From assembly GCF_963853765.1 (NCBI RefSeq), contig NC_088861.1, forward strand, positions 25,854,001-25,918,000: 64,000 nucleotides of DNA. Reading direction: 5' to 3'. Of the stretch, positions 58,046 to 64,000 are shown piece by piece. The notes under the pieces are model-generated. The model made no database searches and was not told the DNA's origin. It saw only the letters and a program-made list of their open reading frames with translations. A program made the position numbers and the translations under genes. Origin of the DNA: Magallana gigas (Eukaryota). Position 1 is the first letter of the stretch, and the number at the start of each line of letters is the position of its first letter.

Positions 58046-59284
58046 GAACACATAATTTACATATTAAACTATGATATGACTGATTAATTTCATTTGAAAA
58101 CGTTCATTTTTTGGAATGCTTCTACTTAATTACGTTGATGGAAAGTTAGTGTGTTGTGATTAGTTTTGTGGTTTACTCAAAGAATAATTCATTTTAACTC
58201 AACGGGTCTTTAAGACTTAATTACAGTGTGAAATATTCATAAGAAGTAAACATCTAAATCTAATAGGCAAAATAAAACCATTTTGGAAAAAATGGTTTTT
58301 TGATTTTTAAAACATTAAAAGTCAGTAAATATGACCAACAAATCAGGCGGATTTGAACTCAGGACCTGCAGTTTGATTCAGATACACCTGATCTTATTGC
58401 GCTGTAATGATGTTATTCAAGCGTACTGACATCTGCGCTATAGCCAACAATGACGAACCATGGTGTTTCTCTTTTCACTCTTTAATAGATAAACACCGTG
58501 GATCGCCACCCCTGACGAGCGAAGATAATAATTATATTGAATAATGCTTACAATTTTACAACGCATTATTAAAATTTAAACCCATCGTCTTGTAACGTGT
58601 AATAAAGTATAAACTTTCATGTAGTGGGCTACCTTAGAGTAGATCCCATTTCTTTAATGTAACTGGTCCTAACTTCACCAAACTTGCATAGATGGTGCAT
58701 CTGGGAATACTTGAGGACAAAACAGACTTGGATGCCGAATCTGAGTAATACATGTATAAATTTCAGATATTGGAGGAGGATAAGGTTTTATCGAACCTAT
58801 AGTTAAAATCGTGAAATACTGCCCTTTGTTGTCCATCCCAAGATTTCCCCCTTCGAAACGCCCCATCTAGCCTGTCGGATTTCAATACACGGCTAAAAAT
58901 TAAAAAAAAAAAGACTACGGGGATTATTTATTGGAAAAGAGATGGAAGTTCCCGGGTGATAACGTTGAAAATGTTTTTGCGAGGTATTCCAAGTGACTTC
59001 CGAATGGAGAAAATATGTAAGCATTCCCCATTATACATCTCCATAATTACTAAGAAATCGGTTTAATTTCGTTCCTGTGAACGTTTCCGAGTGGAAAATT
59101 CCTTTTCATCAATTTCTATTGCACTCCTTCCACAGGTATGTTTATTTTTTATTACATATCGTCTAAATGTGCGGAAAAAATATATCTTGGGACAATACAG
59201 GCCTATTCGATACAAAAACTGCGTTCCGCAAATTCTTTTAAAAGTATTTGTATATGTACACTTTGTATGTCTTACTGTTTTTAA

Positions 59285-62200
59285 GATCAGTTCAATGTAA
59301 GAATCAGAATTCAGTGGCCACGCATAGTCACGGGTTTTCTTCATACTTGACAATTTGATAGACTTTGGTGAGTAAAAAATCCTAACACCATTTGTTTGTT
59401 GCTATGTGGTCCCGTTGCCATGGTAACCAAGGGTAAAGATGTAAAAATGTCATATTAATGCTTATTTGAGAACATATTGTGAGTAATGTGCAGAACCTGG
59501 GGTTTCCAGGGTAGAATAATATATTATTAAAAATAGTTGTCATTTTTCAAAAGAAAGAAAAAAATTTATGGAGAAACGCATATTTTTAGAGCGTTTCCAT
59601 GGTTACTAAACAGAAATTTTAAAATCTGTTTTCGTCATTTAATTTGAATAAAAAGTGCAAATGTTGGTTTTTTTGGTAAACACTTACTGATTGTGCAATT
59701 AAGAATTTAAATATGAAAATTGAGAACTGTTGCTGTGGTACATGTAACAAGCTTAAATATAAGGAAAATTATAATATTTGTAGGCATCACTGTCGTGTAT
59801 CCGCGCCGGTAGTGACATGTTTGGATAACGTGAAAATGGCGTATCCATTGCAAAAACAATGAGTGTTGTGTTCTTTTTTCAATCGACAATGAGGTAAATA
59901 TTAATTAAAACATCGTAATAGTCGTTCATATTTTTCTTACGGTTTTGCAGTTTAAAAAAGTGAGTGTTTTTTTGTTCATCGTAAATAAAAACGACTTATT
60001 TGTAGGAATATCAATCGTTAACGTGTCATTTTAATGCTAAAACCAAGATCTATTTCGAGATAACATAGATAATATAACACATACCAGAAATCTGAAGCAG
60101 CCAAAATTAATTGAAAGATTACTCTAACCAAATGAAATCATTTCAATATATTTTTAATACACTAATATGTATAAAAATAGCAGTAACTTTATGCACCTGC
60201 TAAATAAAAAGTACGGTTTGGATTAACGAATTATTCCGGTTTGGATGCTGAAATATAAATTGTGCAAATGGTACGGTTTGAACAATTTTAAGATAAAGCA
60301 TTTTTGATATTTTAGACAAAAATGGAACAGTTTGCCTTTTATCGGTGTGCAACTGTGTGTCTGCTATAAATATAAGTCATATTTACTCTGTTGTTAAAAA
60401 TAGTTGGTCAAAAAGTGATGACAAGACCTGAGTAAACGTCGCCATTTTACATGTACATTTATATGTTAATCATAATTCTCACCAGAAAACCAAAACGATA
60501 AATATGTATCTTTGTATATTACTGATCAAGAGGTTTTGTTGATTTTTTCAATTAATAAACTAAAATAATAAAATTGATTACACAATATACCGGTATTTCA
60601 CATTGCTCTGGTTTCATCCAATGAATATTGCAATTCTGTTCATAATTTGGTACATATAAAATAAAACAATGAACATGTAAGTTAAAATCCATAACCAATA
60701 TTTAGTTCTTTTGTACTGCAATGACAAAATTATGGAAGTTAATGCTTACGAAAAGGACATATGCACCTAAGTACAGTGCATGCACAGAAAGTGAACGTAT
60801 AATATAATTTACAACATCATAATTGAGTTCATTGAAAAGTAAAATGCTTTCTTTGGTGACCCATGCGGGAAATAAAGGTGGCGATACTGCAGAAAAATAC
60901 AAAACCCGCGTTAGGATTAAACATGAAAGTATAATAATAAAAATTTCATATTTAAAAATTTGCCAAAGCGCAGTTTTATGGCTGTTGCAAATCTAAAAAG
61001 TTGTTTGGAAACGTTTCAATTATTAATTTAAACAATTAGACAAGTGTATATGATGTTTTGTAAATTAGATACTCTTTATTACATTTGTTCAAGTTCATTT
61101 TTAAAATAGAATTATTACTTAGTATGTAATAAATGTAATAATAGATACCCTTTTTCCATATCACAGCCCGTATCAGCCCTTGACCAATATCATCCCTCGG
61201 GCCTACGGCCCTCGGGCTGATATTGGAGTTGGTATAATTCTGTCTTTTGACTGATCTCTTGATTTTTTCCCGACATCGTTTAAAGCCGAAAACATTAGAC
61301 TCATAACTTGATCAAAACTGTCGTAAACACATGTTCATATTTGTGTCGTAAAGATTTTGGTAAGGCTGAACCTTTCTAAATTAATATCGATTGATTGATT
61401 ATACAACAGACTAAACATATCTATAAAAAAAAATTCTGCATGCAATTTTTTTATAATTAAGCCAATTTATTTGGAGCTTTTTTAAAATTGAAATTCAAAT
61501 TACGGTATATAAAGTTTTGTTGACTTATTGAAAAGTCTTTCAACGTGTATGTTTATTTCTTAAACAATGTGACTTCAAATGTCTATCACATGACGATCTC
61601 CATAATATTGAAAGCATGCTTTGCAGTGAGGGCATGTATATCGCACAGTGGCGATGCTATATCCCCTTCACGAGGGAATAATTAATAGAACTGTTTAAAC
61701 TTATATACTAACCACATCCAAACCGTATCAGATGCGTATCCAAACCGATCCTATTTGGAAAAACAAGGTCATCCAAACCTGTTCCGTTGTTCAAAATTAA
61801 TCGACATAAACTGCTTATTTACATGATTTTCACATAAACTTCGTAGAAAATTAAAGACTTATATGTTTTTAAATGAATATGACGATCTCTTTAATGTTAA
61901 AGTAAACAATGTTAGCGTTAAATAACAAGAAAAATTATCAAGAAACAAACGGTGCCGCCATTTTCACTTTATCCAAACACGTCACTACCGGCGCGGATAC
62001 ACGACAGTGGGCATCTTTGAATGGATATTATTCACTTATAATGTATAAACTATAAAATCAAATGGTGAGAAAAAATAAAGTAGATCCATAACTTTAATGA
62101 TCCTAGAAAAAAATCTGAAATTTTCTAAAAATAACTGCCGTTGCTATGAACTTTTCAAAAAGTAAGAATTTCTGTGTGATTTTTTACGCAACTTAATTTT

Positions 62201-62840
62201 CCATAGCAACAACACTTCTCTGTTGCAGACCAAAGCTTTTTGTGGTATATAATGAAAATTTTCATATATTTTTACAAGTTCCAACTAAAACAATTGCTAA
62301 AAAATTCTAGAATTAAAGCATATCAAAATCATCCTCCATTTCTCAGTTTTTCCAATTTTTTGGCCTTGTTGCCATAGCAACGGATGTCAATTTTTATAAT
62401 AAAATATATATAGCATGGACATTGATATGGATGTAAAAATTTAACATTTTCTCATTTCGGCTTATTAAAAAACCGCAAAAAAATGATTTCAAAAAATTTG
62501 TAACGGTTTCCATGGTAAATTTTTAAAAGTGTTGGTTTCTCCATTAATTTTCTGATATAATTTGATAATTGAAAATAGGATAAAGGCTGTTTTATGTCTT
62601 TGATAGTTTAAAGTAGTGGGCAAAACCTTCTTATATGGCTTCAAAGTAGGTACTAAGTTTTGCTATTTTTCCATCTTAAGCCTCGATTACTATGGCAACG
62701 GTTACTCCTAGCAACCAACTTTTAGTGGGTTTTTTTGCGTTTTACATCCAGGTGTGTCCATGTATGAAATATAAGGCAAATTGGTGACTATGCGTGGCCA
62801 GACCCTTTTATAAATCTTTGATTCTTACATAGAATTGATC
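59285..62840. mobile_element. Non-autonomous TTAA-targeting element (Kolobok-like), 3.56 kb
   Basis: TTAA at 59281-84 and 62841-44; TIR GATCAGTTCAATGTAAGAATCA vs GATCAATTCTATGTAAGAATCA (20/22), then shared TGGCCACGCATAGTCAC; purine-purine termini; internal GTTGCCATGGTAAC-like inverted motifs. Confidence 0.75.
59788..62009. mobile_element. 2.22-kb non-autonomous element with CAC termini and 5-bp TSD (Transib/RAG-like signature)
   Basis: 54-bp TIR CACTGTCGTGTATCCGCGCCGGTAGTGAC(A/G)TGTTTGGATAA(C/A)GTGAAAATGGCG (2 mismatches); GGCAT at 59783-87 and 62010-14; internal ATCCAAAC repeats; no coding remnant recognised. Confidence 0.8.
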
Positions 62841-63934
62841 TTAATATGTTTATGTTAACATGTAAAAACCTATGAGATATTTGTCTCTTGGAATAAAGAA
62901 CTTGAACTTGAAAAAAAAGCATTCGGAGAAGTTGCCCATTGAAATTACTCTAAAATTAGAGTAGTTTCCTTTTAATAGAAAACGTTTAAAATTATTGAGC
63001 ATCAAAACATAGTAAGAGAACAATAGTAAAACAGAGATTTTCAAAGACAATTCATGAATTTGAAAGGCGAGAATGCCAATGGGAATTCTAAAGAGATCGG
63101 ACCTGTGTTATAAATAAGACGAGATATATAAGGCCACTTTTTAGATAAATGGATTTTTCAAGAATTAGATCATCGTTTTTTGTGGAATGAATGTCCCACT
63201 TGATAGACCTTGACTTTGTCTCACATGAAAAAGTGTCTATACTCTTAGGGGGGGATATTTGCGTTTGCCCGGGGGGGGGGGGGGGGGGTGGTGAGGCATA
63301 TTTTTGGTTATTTTATAATGAAATGAACTTGCAATGGGAGGGATCCAGACCCCCTATGACCCCCCTCTATAGCTAGATCCGCGCATGTTTTATCAACTTC
63401 AAGCACGGTTTTTACAATGACTTTGACAATTGACAAATTAAATGTTGTTAAATCTACTAAAAACATATTAACTGATCCATCAAATTCGGGAGTCCATAAA
63501 AACTCTGATAGAACCAATCACATCTGAGCCAACAGAAACTGCCGATGAAAAACTCGATCAAAAGTTGTCAACAGAGCCTGAACCCTTGACCAAGAGGCCA
63601 TGAATTTCACAATTTAGGTTAAGTGTTTCATGGACATCATAACCATGTTTGTTTTCCCTTGGACTGAAATGTCACATTTTCATTGGTTTAAACATAGCAC
63701 GTGATTGCCTCATATATCTCTATATTTGTTCTGTGAGAAATAATATTAGGCAATATGGCCGTCATTGGTCGACGCTTCGCTTACTCATTTCGACATTTCA
63801 TAGTATTTTATACATAAACTGCATGCTGTAAGTTCTTAAAGTATTTGGAGTTGTTGCCCTTTGAAATTCTTTAAAATTAGAGTAGTTGCCCTTAGAATAT
63901 TGACGTCACATTGTTTTGTCTGGAGCAGAACAAA

Positions 63935-64000
63935 ATGGCAGCGTCGAAATTTGCTCAAATCTCTGCAGAAGAAAGGGAGAAAACATTTGAAATTGAATAG
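63935..64000 (+). mobile_element. Possible start of a Crypton-like remnant
   Basis: AACAAAATGGCAGCGTCG.. MAASKFAQISAEEREKTFEIE* resembles Crypton N-termini (recollection only); cut by the window edge. Confidence 0.25.

Noticed and set aside
58345-58400. B-box-like GAGTTCAAATCC (minus strand) as a tRNA gene
   Set aside because: No cloverleaf or A box; at most a decayed SINE head.
59788-59858. RSS-like nonamer GCAAAAACA downstream of the CAC heptamer
   Set aside because: 55 bp from the heptamer, outside the TIR and absent at the other end; not 12/23 geometry.

Overview
AT-rich eukaryotic genomic DNA, very probably an oyster (Crassostrea/Magallana-like). This is inferred from Cg170-type satellite-bearing Helentrons and pearl-like repeats; no database search was run. 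Bases 1 to ~47,000 are an almost continuous nest of transposable elements. The two main ones are a near-intact 7.9-kb two-gene CMC/EnSpm-type DNA transposon (2141-10071) and a second, deleted relative (34537-~42615). The accessory gene of the first has 8 exons and an 11x45-bp coding VNTR that makes an Arg/Ser-rich domain. The second is interrupted by an intact Mag-type Ty3/Gypsy retrotransposon with identical 139-bp LTRs. Remnants of hAT, MULE, ISL2EU, Sola-like, Tc1/IS630 (DD37E), Penelope and other Gypsy elements and many Helentron-derived elements and MITEs fill the rest. One host gene, GOPC (9 coding exons, ~458 aa, 48294-54831, + strand), follows with a probable ~3-kb 3' UTR. Downstream, a TTAA-flanked Kolobok-like element contains a 2.2-kb CAC-ended element with a 5-bp target duplication, the signature of Transib/RAG-like transposons. 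No CRISPR array, rRNA or intact tRNA gene was seen.
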